Shown here in pieces: positions 47,117 to 57,372 of a DNA stretch of 64,000 bases. The position numbers were made by a program, and so were the translations under genes. This DNA comes from an uncultured Alistipes sp. Lineage in GTDB: Bacteria; Bacteroidota; Bacteroidia; Bacteroidales; Rikenellaceae. The notes below the pieces were generated by a model, which did no database searches, was not told the origin of the DNA, and saw nothing but the letters and a program-made list of their open reading frames with translations. Numbering within the stretch: the stretch's first letter is position 1; every line of letters starts with the position of its first letter. Where the stretch lies: the NCBI GenBank assembly GCA_945494785.1, contig CALYVN010000001.1, positions 14,091 through 78,090 of the forward strand, given 5' to 3'.

Positions 47117-48721
47117 ATGACAAGGCTGTATCGTCGTTTGGTGCTGACTGCCGCATTGGCAATGGCGGCAGCCTTGTCTGCTGTTGCGCAGTCCGACACC
47201 ACTGCCACCAACGCATTGGTGCAGATGCGCAAACTCAATCAGGCATTCCGTTATCTGCACAGCGTCTATATCGACAAGCCCGACATGGCACCTTTGGTCG
47301 AAAAGGCCGTTGTGGCGATGTTGCAGGAGTTGGACCCGCATTCCAACTACATTCCTGCCGATGAGATGAGCAACGTATCTGCCCAACTCGACGGCGAATT
47401 CAGCGGTATCGGTATCGAATATCGCATCATAAGGGACACACTGACGGTTACCAATACCATTGCCAACGCTCCGGCGGCAACGGTCGGCATATTGCCCGAC
47501 GACCGCATAGTGGCAATCGACGGCAAGGATGTAATCGGCATCAAAAGCGGCGAGGTCGACAATCTGTTGCGCGGCAAAGCGGGCAGCAAGGTCGGAGTGG
47601 CAATAGTGCGTCGCGGTGCGCAGGAGCGGTTGCATTTCACCGTTACCCGCGACAAAGTGCCGGTACACACAATCGACGCCGCATACAGGGCAACCTCGAA
47701 AATCGGCTACATCAAAATAGGCCGTTTCGGGCGCACCACCTCTGCCGAATTTACGGATGCACTCAAACGCATCAAGGGCGTCGAATCGTTGATAATCGAT
47801 TTGCGCGGCAACGGTGGCGGAGTAATGGCGGGTGCAATCGGCGTGGCAGAACACTTTTTGCCGCGAGGTGCGACGATAGTTGCCACCGAAGGGCGCACAA
47901 TGCCGTACAGGAGCGTCAAAGCCCAAGCGAACGGCGATTTAACGGCCATGCCTTTGGCGGTACTGATTGATGAAAATTCGGCATCGGCAAGCGAAATCCT
48001 TGCCGGAGCATTGCAGGATTGGGACAGAGCCGCAATTATAGGCCGCAACAGTTTCGGCAAGGGTTTGGTACAACGGCAATTCGCATTGGAGGACAAATCG
48101 GCGATAAGGATAACCGTTGCCAAATATCGCACACCGAGCGGCAGAGCCATTCAACGCCCCTACCGCAACGGTCATCGCGACGAATACTATGCCTCGTATC
48201 GCGAGCGCATCGCACATCCCGATTCGGTCGGCAGCGACACGACGCACCGCCGAGCATATCGCACCCTGACCAAAGGCAGAGAGATATTCGATGGCGAGGG
48301 CATCATGCCCGACATCGTCGTTGCAGCCGATACGACACGCATGACCTCCTACATCATCGGGCTTGTAAGCAAAGGCATAATGGGCGAATATACGGCCGAT
48401 TATCTCGGACAGAATGCCGAGATGTTCGGCAAACGATACGGCTCATTCGAGCAGTTCGACAAAGAGTTTGCCGTAACCGAACGGATGTTGTCCGATTTGG
48501 TTGCCCGTGCGGCGCAAGGCGGAGTGAATACCGATAGTGCACATACGGCAGTCTCCGAGACCTTCGTGCGCGTCCATTTGAAGGCTTTGGTTGCCCGCCG
48601 ACTATTCTCCACGACCGAGTATTATCGCATAACCAACCGCAACAACGACAAGACATTCGACAAAGCCGTAGAGGTGTTGTCGAACCCAGACCTCTATAAC
48701 TCGCTGTTGGCGGGCGAATAA
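47117..48721 (+). CDS. S41-family C-terminal processing peptidase
   Basis: 534 aa. Signal peptide, PDZ region (GIGIEY...GILPDDRIVAIDG), and catalytic region IIDLRGNGGG...SASASEI...GKGLVQ. Confidence 0.9.
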   Translation: MTRLYRRLVLTAALAMAAALSAVAQSDTTATNALVQMRKLNQAFRYLHSVYIDKPDMAPLVEKAVVAMLQELDPHSNYIPADEMSNVSAQLDGEFSGIGIEYRIIRDTLTVTNTIANAPAATVGILPDDRIVAIDGKDVIGIKSGEVDNLLRGKAGSKVGVAIVRRGAQERLHFTVTRDKVPVHTIDAAYRATSKIGYIKIGRFGRTTSAEFTDALKRIKGVESLIIDLRGNGGGVMAGAIGVAEHFLPRGATIVATEGRTMPYRSVKAQANGDLTAMPLAVLIDENSASASEILAGALQDWDRAAIIGRNSFGKGLVQRQFALEDKSAIRITVAKYRTPSGRAIQRPYRNGHRDEYYASYRERIAHPDSVGSDTTHRRAYRTLTKGREIFDGEGIMPDIVVAADTTRMTSYIIGLVSKGIMGEYTADYLGQNAEMFGKRYGSFEQFDKEFAVTERMLSDLVARAAQGGVNTDSAHTAVSETFVRVHLKALVARRLFSTTEYYRITNRNNDKTFDKAVEVLSNPDLYNSLLAGE

Positions 48722-48800
48722 TTTTTTTTGCGGCAGAGATTGCACGATTGCGATATTTTCGCTATATTCGCAATACGAACCCAACAAATACAACCGGATT

Positions 48801-49130
48801 ATGCAGACTCACATCACTACCGCTCAACGCGACGAGGCCGCCCATGCCGACAATCTGATACTGTCGAAAATCGTCAAGGCAGGTCGTCGCACCTATTTTC
48901 TCGATGTCCACTCCACACGCGGAGGAGACTATTTCCTGACAATTACCGAAAGCCGCAAAAAGACGTGCGACGATGGCAGTATCGTATTCGACCGCCACAA
49001 AATTTTCCTTTACAAGGAGGATTTCGACAAATTCGCCGACGGATTGCAGGAGACCATCGATTTCATCCGACAGAGCCAACAGAATTTTGCGACGGCAAAA
49101 GCACCGCAAAAAAACGATACGGAGCGATAA
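48801..49130 (+). CDS. PUR-alpha-like nucleic-acid-binding protein (DUF3276 family)
   Basis: 109 aa. AGRRTYFLDVHSTRGGDYFLTITESRK...HKIFLYKEDFDKFADGLQETIDFI matches the bacterial PUR repeat pattern. Confidence 0.7.
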   Translation: MQTHITTAQRDEAAHADNLILSKIVKAGRRTYFLDVHSTRGGDYFLTITESRKKTCDDGSIVFDRHKIFLYKEDFDKFADGLQETIDFIRQSQQNFATAKAPQKNDTER

Positions 49131-49182
49131 TTTACCGGCACGATGCTTGCTAAATCGCTACCGATATGCTACCTTTGTGGGC

Positions 49183-49791
49183 ATGAAACTCATCAAGAAA
49201 TTATACGATTGGATGCTCTCGTGGGGCAATTCGCGTTGGGGCGCTTTGGCACTCTTCTGCTTTGCATTCGCCGAGTCGTCGTTCTTTCCGATTCCGCCCG
49301 ACGTGTTGTTGATTGCCTTGTGCATCGGTGCAATGACTCGCTCGTTCCGTTTTGCGGCTATATGCTTGGGCGGCTCGATTGTCGGCGCGATGGCAGGTTA
49401 CGGCATCGGCTATTTTTTGTGGCAGACCCCTGCGGGCGAGTACACGGCAATCGCCGATTTCTTCTTTGCCCACGTCTTTTCGGAGGAGGCATTCCTGCGC
49501 GTGCAGAATCTCTATAACCAATACAATTTCTGGATTGTCTTTACGGCAGGTTTCACGCCGCTGCCCTACAAACTCTTCACCATTACGGGCGGTCTGTTCC
49601 ACATCGATTTTGCAATGTTCATCATCGCATCGATTGTGTCGCGAGGTCTGCGTTTCTTCGCCATAAGTTGGTTGATATGGAAATTCGGCAGCCCTATCAA
49701 GTCGTTTATCGACAAGTATTTCAATCTGATAGCGATTGCATTCACCGTATTGCTAATCGGCTCGTTCGTTTTGGTCGGTCATCTGGTTTGA
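49183..49791 (+). CDS. YqaA/DedA (SNARE-associated)-family membrane protein
   Basis: The start is set at MKLIKKLYDWM. Contains ESSFFPIPPDVLL and FTPLPYKLFTITGG. Confidence 0.8.
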   Translation: MKLIKKLYDWMLSWGNSRWGALALFCFAFAESSFFPIPPDVLLIALCIGAMTRSFRFAAICLGGSIVGAMAGYGIGYFLWQTPAGEYTAIADFFFAHVFSEEAFLRVQNLYNQYNFWIVFTAGFTPLPYKLFTITGGLFHIDFAMFIIASIVSRGLRFFAISWLIWKFGSPIKSFIDKYFNLIAIAFTVLLIGSFVLVGHLV

Positions 49792-49795
49792 TGCC

Positions 49796-50527
49796 ATGCG
49801 ACACTTCGGGCTTATAGGCTGTCCGTTGGGACACTCGCGGTCGGCGGAGTATTTCGCCGACAAATTTCTGCACGAAGGCATTGAGGCAGACTATACGCTT
49901 GCCGCTATTGCGACCATCGATGCCATGCCCGAGGCAACGCGCGGTTGGAACGGCTTCAACGTAACGATTCCCTACAAAAAGAGCATTCTGCCCTACCTTG
50001 CGCACATCTCCGACGAGGCAGCGGCAATCGGTGCCGTAAATTGCGTGAGGCGCAATGCCGACGGCTCGATGGAGGGCTTCAATACCGACATCAACGGCGT
50101 AAGGGCGACGTTTGCACGATTGGGAATAGCGGACGGGGTACGGGCATTGGTACTCGGCAACGGAGGAGCGGCCGCAGCAGTCGAATTCGTTTTGCGCGAA
50201 CGCGGCATGAAATATACGACGGTCTCGCGCAGCCGAGAACGCGGCAATACGACATACGACCGACTTACGCCGCAGACGATAATGCAACACTCACTCATCA
50301 TCAACACCACGCCCGTCGGTATGTATCCCGATGTGGAGAGTGCACCCGCAATACCCTACTGCGCACTCACTCCCGACCACACGCTGTTCGATGTTATCTA
50401 CAATCCCGCACCGACCCGCTTCCTGTCGCTCGGAGCCGAACGCGGAGCGCGAATCATCGGTGGCGAGACCATGCTCGTCGCACAAGCCGAAGCCTCGTGG
50501 CGCATCTGGAACGGCGCGGAAAGATAA
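49796..50527 (+). CDS. aroE: Shikimate dehydrogenase
   Basis: 243 aa with motifs GLIGCPLGHSRSAEYF, GFNVTIPYK, GAVNCV, GNGGAAAAV. Confidence 0.85.
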   Translation: MRHFGLIGCPLGHSRSAEYFADKFLHEGIEADYTLAAIATIDAMPEATRGWNGFNVTIPYKKSILPYLAHISDEAAAIGAVNCVRRNADGSMEGFNTDINGVRATFARLGIADGVRALVLGNGGAAAAVEFVLRERGMKYTTVSRSRERGNTTYDRLTPQTIMQHSLIINTTPVGMYPDVESAPAIPYCALTPDHTLFDVIYNPAPTRFLSLGAERGARIIGGETMLVAQAEASWRIWNGAER

Positions 50528-50530
50528 CAA

Positions 50531-50737
50531 TCATTCCAAATGCAACAACTGCCTCGCCTCGTCGGCAGAGGCGGCAGACACCATCAGTCGGGCTGCTATG
50601 ACACAGGGATAGATGTCGGCCATGACGGCATCGCGCACTTCGGCATGGATGCCTGCACCGACCAACGCCGCTTTTGCCAATTCTGCCTCGCAGGAGGTCG
50701 TAAACTCGGCAACTACAATCAAATCATCGGTTTGCAT
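50531..50737 (-). CDS. Small DUF2007-like (putative signal-transducing) protein
   Basis: 68 aa. VVAEFTTSCEAELAKAALVGAGIHAEV...ADEARQLL fits the DUF2007 beta-alpha-beta pattern. Confidence 0.55.
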   Translation of the reverse strand: MQTDDLIVVAEFTTSCEAELAKAALVGAGIHAEVRDAVMADIYPCVIAARLMVSAASADEARQLLHLE

Positions 50738-50800
50738 AACTATTGAACGGTTTGTTGAAAAGTTACGTGGTTTCTGCTTCGAATATACAAATTTTATTCC

Positions 50801-50808
50801 TATTTTTG
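50801..50808 (+). promoter_or_regulatory. -7 promoter box (TATTTTTG) upstream of dnaE
   Basis: tatttttg lies 24 nt upstream of the ATG at 50833. Confidence 0.5.
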
Positions 50809-50832
50809 TCCTGAATAAGCCCGTAAACGATT

Positions 50833-53800
50833 ATGCACGATTTCGTACACCTTCACGTTCACACGCAATACTCTATCCTCGATGGTCAGGCAAGCATTCA
50901 GCGGCTTGTCGATAAGGCGATTGCCGACGGGATGAAGGGCATTGCCATTACCGACCATGGCAACATGTTCGGCATAAAGGAGTTTTGGAACTATGTGAAC
51001 AAAAAGAACGGCGACCGCAAAAAGAAGGTGGCGGAGTTGTCGGGGTTGATTGAGCGATTGGAGAACGGCACCGCCAAAGCCGAAGAGTGCGGCGATGATG
51101 CCGAGCAGACGCTTGCCGATGCACGCACCCGTCTTGCGAAGTTGCCGAAGGAGGATTTCAAGGCAATTATCGGCTGCGAGGTCTATGTGGCACGCAACGG
51201 TCTGCATGTCAAAAATGCAAAGGAAGACCAAAGCGGCTACCACCTTATCCTGCTTGCCAAGAATCAAAAGGGTTACAAAAATCTTATCAAGATAGTCTCG
51301 AAGGCGTGGACCGAAGGTTTCTACATGCGTCCGCGTACCGACCACGCCGAATTGGAAAAGTACCACGAGGGACTTATATGCTGTTCGGCATGCTTGGGCG
51401 GCGAGATTCCGAAACTCATCACTGCAGGGCAGATTGAAGCGGCGGAGCAGAGCGTACTGTGGCACAAAAAGGTCTTCGGCGACGACTATTATCTCGAATT
51501 GCAGTTGCACAAGGCGACGGTCGAGCGAGCCAATCACGAGGCCTACCCGATGCAGTTGAACGTGAACAAACATTTGGTCGAATTTGCCCGCAAACACAAT
51601 ATAAAACTCGTCTGCACCAACGACGTCCATTTTACCGACGAGGATGATGCCGAGGCTCACGACCGTCTGATATGCCTCAATACGGGGCGCGATTTGGACG
51701 ACCCGAAGCGCATGCTCTACTCGAAGCAGGAGTGGATGAAGACCACATCGGAGATGAACGCCATATTTGCCGACTATCCCGAAGCGATGGATAATACGGT
51801 CGACATCTGTGATGAGGTAGAGACCTACTCCATCGACCATGCCCCGATTATGCCGACATTCGACATCCCTGCCGAGTTCGGTACAGAGGAGGAGTATCGC
51901 CGCCGACTGACAGAGAAGGATTTGTTCGACGAGTTCACGCAGGACGAAAACGGCAATGTGGTGTTGAGCGAGGAGGCTGCCAACAAAAAAATCGAGAAAC
52001 TCGGCGGTTACGACAAGTTGTACCGCATAAAGTTGGAGGCGGACTACCTCGCCAAATTGGCGATGGAGGGGGCAAAAAAGCGGTACGGCGACCCTCTTTC
52101 GGCAGAGGTTGCCGAACGGCTGAAATTCGAATTGCACATAATGAAGACCATGGGTTTCCCGGGTTACTTCCTTATCGTGCAGGATTTCATTGCGGCGGCT
52201 CGCAACGAATTGGGTGTATGGGTAGGACCGGGTCGAGGTTCGGCAGCGGGTTCGGCTGTGGCATATTGCTTGGGCATCACCCAAATCGACCCTATTGCCT
52301 ACGATTTGCTGTTCGAGCGGTTCCTCAATCCCGACCGAATATCGTTGCCGGATATTGACATCGATTTCGACGATGACGGCCGAGGCAGGGTGCTGGATTG
52401 GGTAACGAAAAAATACGGCAAGGAGAAGGTGGCGCACATCATCACCTACGGCACCATGGCGACAAAGATGGTGCTGAAAGATGTGGCTCGCGTGCAGAAA
52501 CTGCCGCTTGCCGAGTCGGACAGGCTCTGCAGACTCGTTCCCGAGCGCATACCCGACCCGAAAGACAAGGAGAAGACGCTAAAAATCAATCTCAACAACG
52601 CCATAGCCGCTGTGCCGGAGTTGCAGGCTGCGGAAAATTCGGACAACCCCGTTTTGCGCGACACCATCAAATATGCCCGCAAGTTGGAGGGTAATGTACG
52701 CGGTACGGGAGTACACGCCTGCGGTACGATTATCTGCCGCGACGACATTACCGATTGGGTGCCTGTCAGTACGGCAGACGACAAGGAGACGGGGCAGAAG
52801 ATGCTCGTAACGCAGTACGAAGGCTCGGTAATCGAGGATACGGGACTGATTAAGATGGACTTCCTCGGACTGCGCAACCTCTCGATAATGAAAGATGCCG
52901 TCGAGAATATCCGACTGACCAAAGGCAAGGATATCGACATCGACCGGATTCCGCTCGACGACCCCAAGACATACGCGCTCTATTGCGCCGGCAACACGAT
53001 AGGTACGTTCCAATTCGAGTCGCTCGGCATGCAGCGTTATCTGCGCGAATTGCAGCCATCGACTTTCGAAGACCTTATCGCGATGAATGCCCTCTATCGA
53101 CCGGGTCCGATGGACAACATCCCCGACTTCATCAACCGCAAACAGGGTCGCCAGCCGATAGTGTACGACATTCCGATAATGGAGAAGTATCTGAAAGACA
53201 CCTACGGCATCACGGTCTATCAGGAGCAGGTCATGTTGCTCTCGCGTCTGCTTGCCAACTTTACGCGCGGCGAATCGGACACACTGCGCAAGGCGATGGG
53301 TAAGAAAATCCGTTCGAAACTTGACGAGTTGCAGCCCAAATTCATCAAGGGCGGCACAGCGAACGGCTACGACCGTGCGGTACTCGAAAAGATTTGGCAC
53401 GATTGGGAGAAATTCGCCTCGTATGCCTTCAACAAATCGCATGCTACATGCTATTCGTGGGTGGCATATCAGACTGCCTATTTGAAGGCGAACTATCCGT
53501 CGGAATACATGGCGGCTCTGCTCAGCCGAAATCTGAACGACATCAAGACCCTGACCGACTACATGAACGAATGCAAGCGCATGCGCATCAACGTTCTCGG
53601 TCCCGACATCAACGAATCGCAGTTGCACTTTGCGGCAGACAAGAAGGGCGATGTGCGTTTCGGCATGGCTGCCATAAAAGGTGTCGGCGAGGCTGCCGCT
53701 TCGGCCATCATCGACGAGCGCAACAAGCACGGGCGGTTCAAGGACATTTACGATTTCATGGAGCGCATCAACTTCTCGGTCATCAACCGCAAATGTTTGG

Positions 53801-54675
53801 AGAGCATCGCTTATGCGGGCGGATTCGATTCGATTATAGAGTTTTCGCGCTGTAAATTCTTTGCATCCGACCTGCGCGATGCAAACGCCTCGGCCACCCT
53901 GCTCGATTTGCTGATTCGCTACGGCCAGCGGGTGCAGTCGGAGCGCAACAACGCCCAACAAAGTCTCTTCGGCAGCGATTCGGAGAGCGGAAACATACAG
54001 CGGCCTACCGCGCCGGTATGCGAGGAGTGGAACGCTTTGACGACGCTCAACAAGGAGAAAGAGGTCATCGGCATCTATCTGTCGTCGCATCCGTTGGATG
54101 AGTACGAATTGATAATCAAGAGCCTGTGCAACGCCAAAGTGGAGAATCTGAAAGACCTCGACCGTCTGAACGGCAAGGAAATTGCAGTGGCAGGAGTGGT
54201 CGTGAGTGCCGACAACCTTATGACGCGCACCGGCAAGCCGTTCGGCAAATTCAAGTTGGAGGACGAGAGCGGCGAGATGGAGTTTTCGCTCTTCGGCAAG
54301 GATTACGAGATGTTTCGGCCGCTTATGTACAAGGACTATTTCTTGTTGGTGCGCGGTCGTGTGCAGCCAAGACCTTACGGCGAAAGCACCGTGTTGGAGT
54401 ACAAAATTACCTCGATGCAGCAACTGTCGGAGGTGCGCGACAACATCAAGACGGTACGGCTGACACTGCCGGTCGAGACCATCGACGACTACCTGATTAC
54501 GAACCTTACGTCGGCTGTCCGCAAATCGCGAGGCAAGGCTCTGCTCAAACTGACGCTCTGCGACCGACGGGAGGGCGTTACACTCAACCTCTTTTCGCGC
54601 AAGCACAAGGTGGCTATGGCAAAGGAACTGACTGAGTTCATCAAGCAGAACGAAATCGCATACGCAATAGAATAG
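50833..54675 (+). CDS. dnaE: DNA polymerase III subunit alpha
   Basis: 1280 aa. PHP domain (FVHLHVHTQYSILDG), polymerase core (GPGRGSAAGS, DIDIDFD), and OB domain near the C-terminus. Confidence 0.97.
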   Translation: MHDFVHLHVHTQYSILDGQASIQRLVDKAIADGMKGIAITDHGNMFGIKEFWNYVNKKNGDRKKKVAELSGLIERLENGTAKAEECGDDAEQTLADARTRLAKLPKEDFKAIIGCEVYVARNGLHVKNAKEDQSGYHLILLAKNQKGYKNLIKIVSKAWTEGFYMRPRTDHAELEKYHEGLICCSACLGGEIPKLITAGQIEAAEQSVLWHKKVFGDDYYLELQLHKATVERANHEAYPMQLNVNKHLVEFARKHNIKLVCTNDVHFTDEDDAEAHDRLICLNTGRDLDDPKRMLYSKQEWMKTTSEMNAIFADYPEAMDNTVDICDEVETYSIDHAPIMPTFDIPAEFGTEEEYRRRLTEKDLFDEFTQDENGNVVLSEEAANKKIEKLGGYDKLYRIKLEADYLAKLAMEGAKKRYGDPLSAEVAERLKFELHIMKTMGFPGYFLIVQDFIAAARNELGVWVGPGRGSAAGSAVAYCLGITQIDPIAYDLLFERFLNPDRISLPDIDIDFDDDGRGRVLDWVTKKYGKEKVAHIITYGTMATKMVLKDVARVQKLPLAESDRLCRLVPERIPDPKDKEKTLKINLNNAIAAVPELQAAENSDNPVLRDTIKYARKLEGNVRGTGVHACGTIICRDDITDWVPVSTADDKETGQKMLVTQYEGSVIEDTGLIKMDFLGLRNLSIMKDAVENIRLTKGKDIDIDRIPLDDPKTYALYCAGNTIGTFQFESLGMQRYLRELQPSTFEDLIAMNALYRPGPMDNIPDFINRKQGRQPIVYDIPIMEKYLKDTYGITVYQEQVMLLSRLLANFTRGESDTLRKAMGKKIRSKLDELQPKFIKGGTANGYDRAVLEKIWHDWEKFASYAFNKSHATCYSWVAYQTAYLKANYPSEYMAALLSRNLNDIKTLTDYMNECKRMRINVLGPDINESQLHFAADKKGDVRFGMAAIKGVGEAAASAIIDERNKHGRFKDIYDFMERINFSVINRKCLESIAYAGGFDSIIEFSRCKFFASDLRDANASATLLDLLIRYGQRVQSERNNAQQSLFGSDSESGNIQRPTAPVCEEWNALTTLNKEKEVIGIYLSSHPLDEYELIIKSLCNAKVENLKDLDRLNGKEIAVAGVVVSADNLMTRTGKPFGKFKLEDESGEMEFSLFGKDYEMFRPLMYKDYFLLVRGRVQPRPYGESTVLEYKITSMQQLSEVRDNIKTVRLTLPVETIDDYLITNLTSAVRKSRGKALLKLTLCDRREGVTLNLFSRKHKVAMAKELTEFIKQNEIAYAIE

Positions 54676-54708
54676 ACAAAATAACAAACCAATTAAAATT
54701 CAAACATT

Positions 54709-55023
54709 ATGGCATTAGCAATCAACAACAACAATTTCGAATCGTTGAAGAACGATTCCAAGCCTTTGGTGGTCGATTTTTGGGCAGAATGGTGCGGTCC
54801 ATGCCGCATGGTTGCCCCGATAGTCGAGGAGTTGGCTGCCGAGTACGAAGGCCGTGTGAACATCGGCAAGTGCAACGTGGACAACAACGACGATTTGGTC
54901 GCCATGTTCCGTGTCCGCAACATCCCTACCCTGCTCTTTTTGAAGGGCGGCGAGATAGTGGACAAGCACGTCGGCGCAATCTCCAAAAACGATTTGAAGG
55001 CCAAAATCGAGGCACTGCTGTAA
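54709..55023 (+). CDS. trxA: Thioredoxin
   Basis: 104 aa. VVDFWAEWCGPCRMVAP. Confidence 0.95.
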   Translation: MALAINNNNFESLKNDSKPLVVDFWAEWCGPCRMVAPIVEELAAEYEGRVNIGKCNVDNNDDLVAMFRVRNIPTLLFLKGGEIVDKHVGAISKNDLKAKIEALL

Positions 55024-55037
55024 GAATTGCAACAGCA

Positions 55038-55077
55038 AACGATAACGGGCGACCCGCAAGAGTCGCCCGTTATCGTT
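55038..55077. terminator. Hairpin between convergent trxA and htpG
   Basis: A 16-bp perfect stem, aacgataacgggcgac / gtcgcccgttatcgtt, with an 8-nt loop containing GCAA. Confidence 0.7.
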
Positions 55078-55095
55078 GCAATATATCCTTTCGTC

Positions 55096-57165
55096 CTATC
55101 TCTTGTCGCTCTCAATAAGCGAAATCGAACGCTGGATGAAGTCGGAGAGGTTTTTGCCTTTGAGCATGCCGTTCGACAGCAGTGCAAGGTCGATGATTTG
55201 GCGTACCATGTCGTTGCCGCGACCAATCTCTTTCAGTCGCTCGTTGCGTTCGTCGCGCAAGGTTACGACCTTCTTCGACAACTCCTCGCGCATCGACTTC
55301 TCCTCGGCACTCAAATCCTCCTCCTTTTTATCCTTTACGACCTCTTCGAACCGTTTCTCTTCGGCTACTGCCGCATCGATTTTCTTGGTTATGCTCTTCA
55401 ACTTGTCACCGTATTCCTTCTCGACGCTCGACAGGATGTCGATGACAATCGGATGGTTGCCATTGACGGCAATCGTAAAGTTGTCGGGCATCTGGCCGTA
55501 GAATTGGCTCATTCCTCCACCGCTCATCTTGGCCATCTCCTTCATGCGGCGCATAAATTCGTCCTGCGTGATGATTACGGGAGCCTCGTCGGCAGACATG
55601 GCTTCGAATGCGATGTTGTAGTGGATTTTGTCGTCCTGCGGCATCTGGCTCTCGAATACGGGACGCATAATCTCCTGCTGTGCCTCGCTGAGCGATATCT
55701 TCATATCCTCCTTCTTCGGAATCAGTTTCTCGACGATGTCGCTATCGACACGCACAAACCGCGTCTTTTCGTTTTTCGACTCGTACCAATTTATATAGTG
55801 GCTGTCCAACTGTCCGTTCATCTCCAACACGTCGTAACCCTTCGCCTTTGCCGCTTCGAGGAACGAGTGCTTCTCGATGGCATCATCGACATAGAGGAAG
55901 ACCAACGTATCGTCCTTGTCGGTCTGATTCTCCTTGACTGCCGTCGTGTACTCCTCCGCCGTAAAGTATTTGCCGTCGGTATTTTTCCACAACATGAACG
56001 CAGGGGCTTTCTCGGCGAATTTCTCGTCGGTCAGGATGCCGTATTGGATAAAGATTTTCAAATCGTCCCACTTCTGCTCATACTCGGCACGCATCGTCGT
56101 AAAGAGTTCGTTCAACCGCTCGGCGACCTTGCGGGTGATGTAGCCCGAAATCTTCTTCACGTTGGCATCGCTTTGCAGATAACTGCGCGATACGTTCAGC
56201 GGAATGTCGGGCGAATCGATAACGCCGTGCAGCAATGTCAGATACTCCGGCACGATGCCTTCTACTTGGTCGGTTACGAAGACCTGATTGCAATACAACT
56301 GTATCTTGTTCTTCTGAATCTCGAAATTGTTGTGGATTTTCGGGAAATAGAGGATACCCGTCAGATGGAACGGATAGTCGATGTTCAGATGGATGTAGAA
56401 CAACGGCTCGTCGCTCATCGGATAGAGTTCGCGATAGAAATCCTTGTATTGCTGCTCGGTAATGTCGGCAGGCTTGCGTGTCCACAGCGGCTCGGTCGTG
56501 TTGATTTGGTTGTCCTTGTCGGTATCGACATACTTGCCATCTTTCCACTCCTTGACCTTGCCAAACACTACGGGAACAGGCAGGAAATGGCAATACTTTT
56601 TGAGTAGGTCGCCCACCTTGCTCTCGTCGGCATACTCAGTGCAATCCTCCGAGAGGTGCAGCACGATGCTCGTTCCGCGTTCGCGCTCGTCATCGCACTC
56701 CTCCATCTCGTACTCGGGCGAACCCGTGCAACTCCAATGTACGGCCTTCGCACCCTCCTGATACGATTTGGTGAAGATTTCGACCTTGTCGGCAACCATA
56801 AACGCCGAATAGAAGCCCAAACCGAAGTGGCCGATAATCGACTGATTCTGGTATTTTGCCAAAAACTCTTCGGCACCTGAGAAGGCAATCTGATTGATGT
56901 ACCGCTCGACCTCGTCGGCTGTCATACCTATACCGCGGTCGGTTACCGTCAGTGTCCGTGCCTCCTTGTCCGCTACCACGCGCACCGCAACATCGCCCAA
57001 TTCGCCGCCGAATACGCCGGACGAGGCGAGAGTTTTGAGTTTCTGCGTTGCATCGACTGCATTCGACACCAATTCGCGCAGGAAAATTTCATGGTCGGAG
57101 TAAAGGAATTTTTTGATTACGGGGAAGATGTTTTCGGTCGTTACCCCTATTTTTCCGTTTTTCAT
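55096..57165 (-). CDS. htpG: Molecular chaperone HtpG (Hsp90)
   Basis: The start is set at MKNGKIGVTTENIFPVIKKFLYSDHEIFLRELVSNAVDA. Contains GIGMT and GHFGLGFYSAF. Confidence 0.95.
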   Translation of the reverse strand: MKNGKIGVTTENIFPVIKKFLYSDHEIFLRELVSNAVDATQKLKTLASSGVFGGELGDVAVRVVADKEARTLTVTDRGIGMTADEVERYINQIAFSGAEEFLAKYQNQSIIGHFGLGFYSAFMVADKVEIFTKSYQEGAKAVHWSCTGSPEYEMEECDDERERGTSIVLHLSEDCTEYADESKVGDLLKKYCHFLPVPVVFGKVKEWKDGKYVDTDKDNQINTTEPLWTRKPADITEQQYKDFYRELYPMSDEPLFYIHLNIDYPFHLTGILYFPKIHNNFEIQKNKIQLYCNQVFVTDQVEGIVPEYLTLLHGVIDSPDIPLNVSRSYLQSDANVKKISGYITRKVAERLNELFTTMRAEYEQKWDDLKIFIQYGILTDEKFAEKAPAFMLWKNTDGKYFTAEEYTTAVKENQTDKDDTLVFLYVDDAIEKHSFLEAAKAKGYDVLEMNGQLDSHYINWYESKNEKTRFVRVDSDIVEKLIPKKEDMKISLSEAQQEIMRPVFESQMPQDDKIHYNIAFEAMSADEAPVIITQDEFMRRMKEMAKMSGGGMSQFYGQMPDNFTIAVNGNHPIVIDILSSVEKEYGDKLKSITKKIDAAVAEEKRFEEVVKDKKEEDLSAEEKSMREELSKKVVTLRDERNERLKEIGRGNDMVRQIIDLALLSNGMLKGKNLSDFIQRSISLIESDKR

Positions 57166-57372
57166 ATCGTGTATGTTTTTTAGTTGTTTTCTTTTCCGAG
57201 CCTTCATCGTTCAAATCGTGTGCCACAACGCAAGACGTGCCGTAACTCTGCCATTCTGTCATCGGTCTGACACGAATCGACGACAACATAGCCGAAACAA
57301 GGAATTGTGTCAAATTGCAATTCGGCACAACCCCTTCAAGACGCATAAGAAGAATCGGAATGCAAGGCATTG

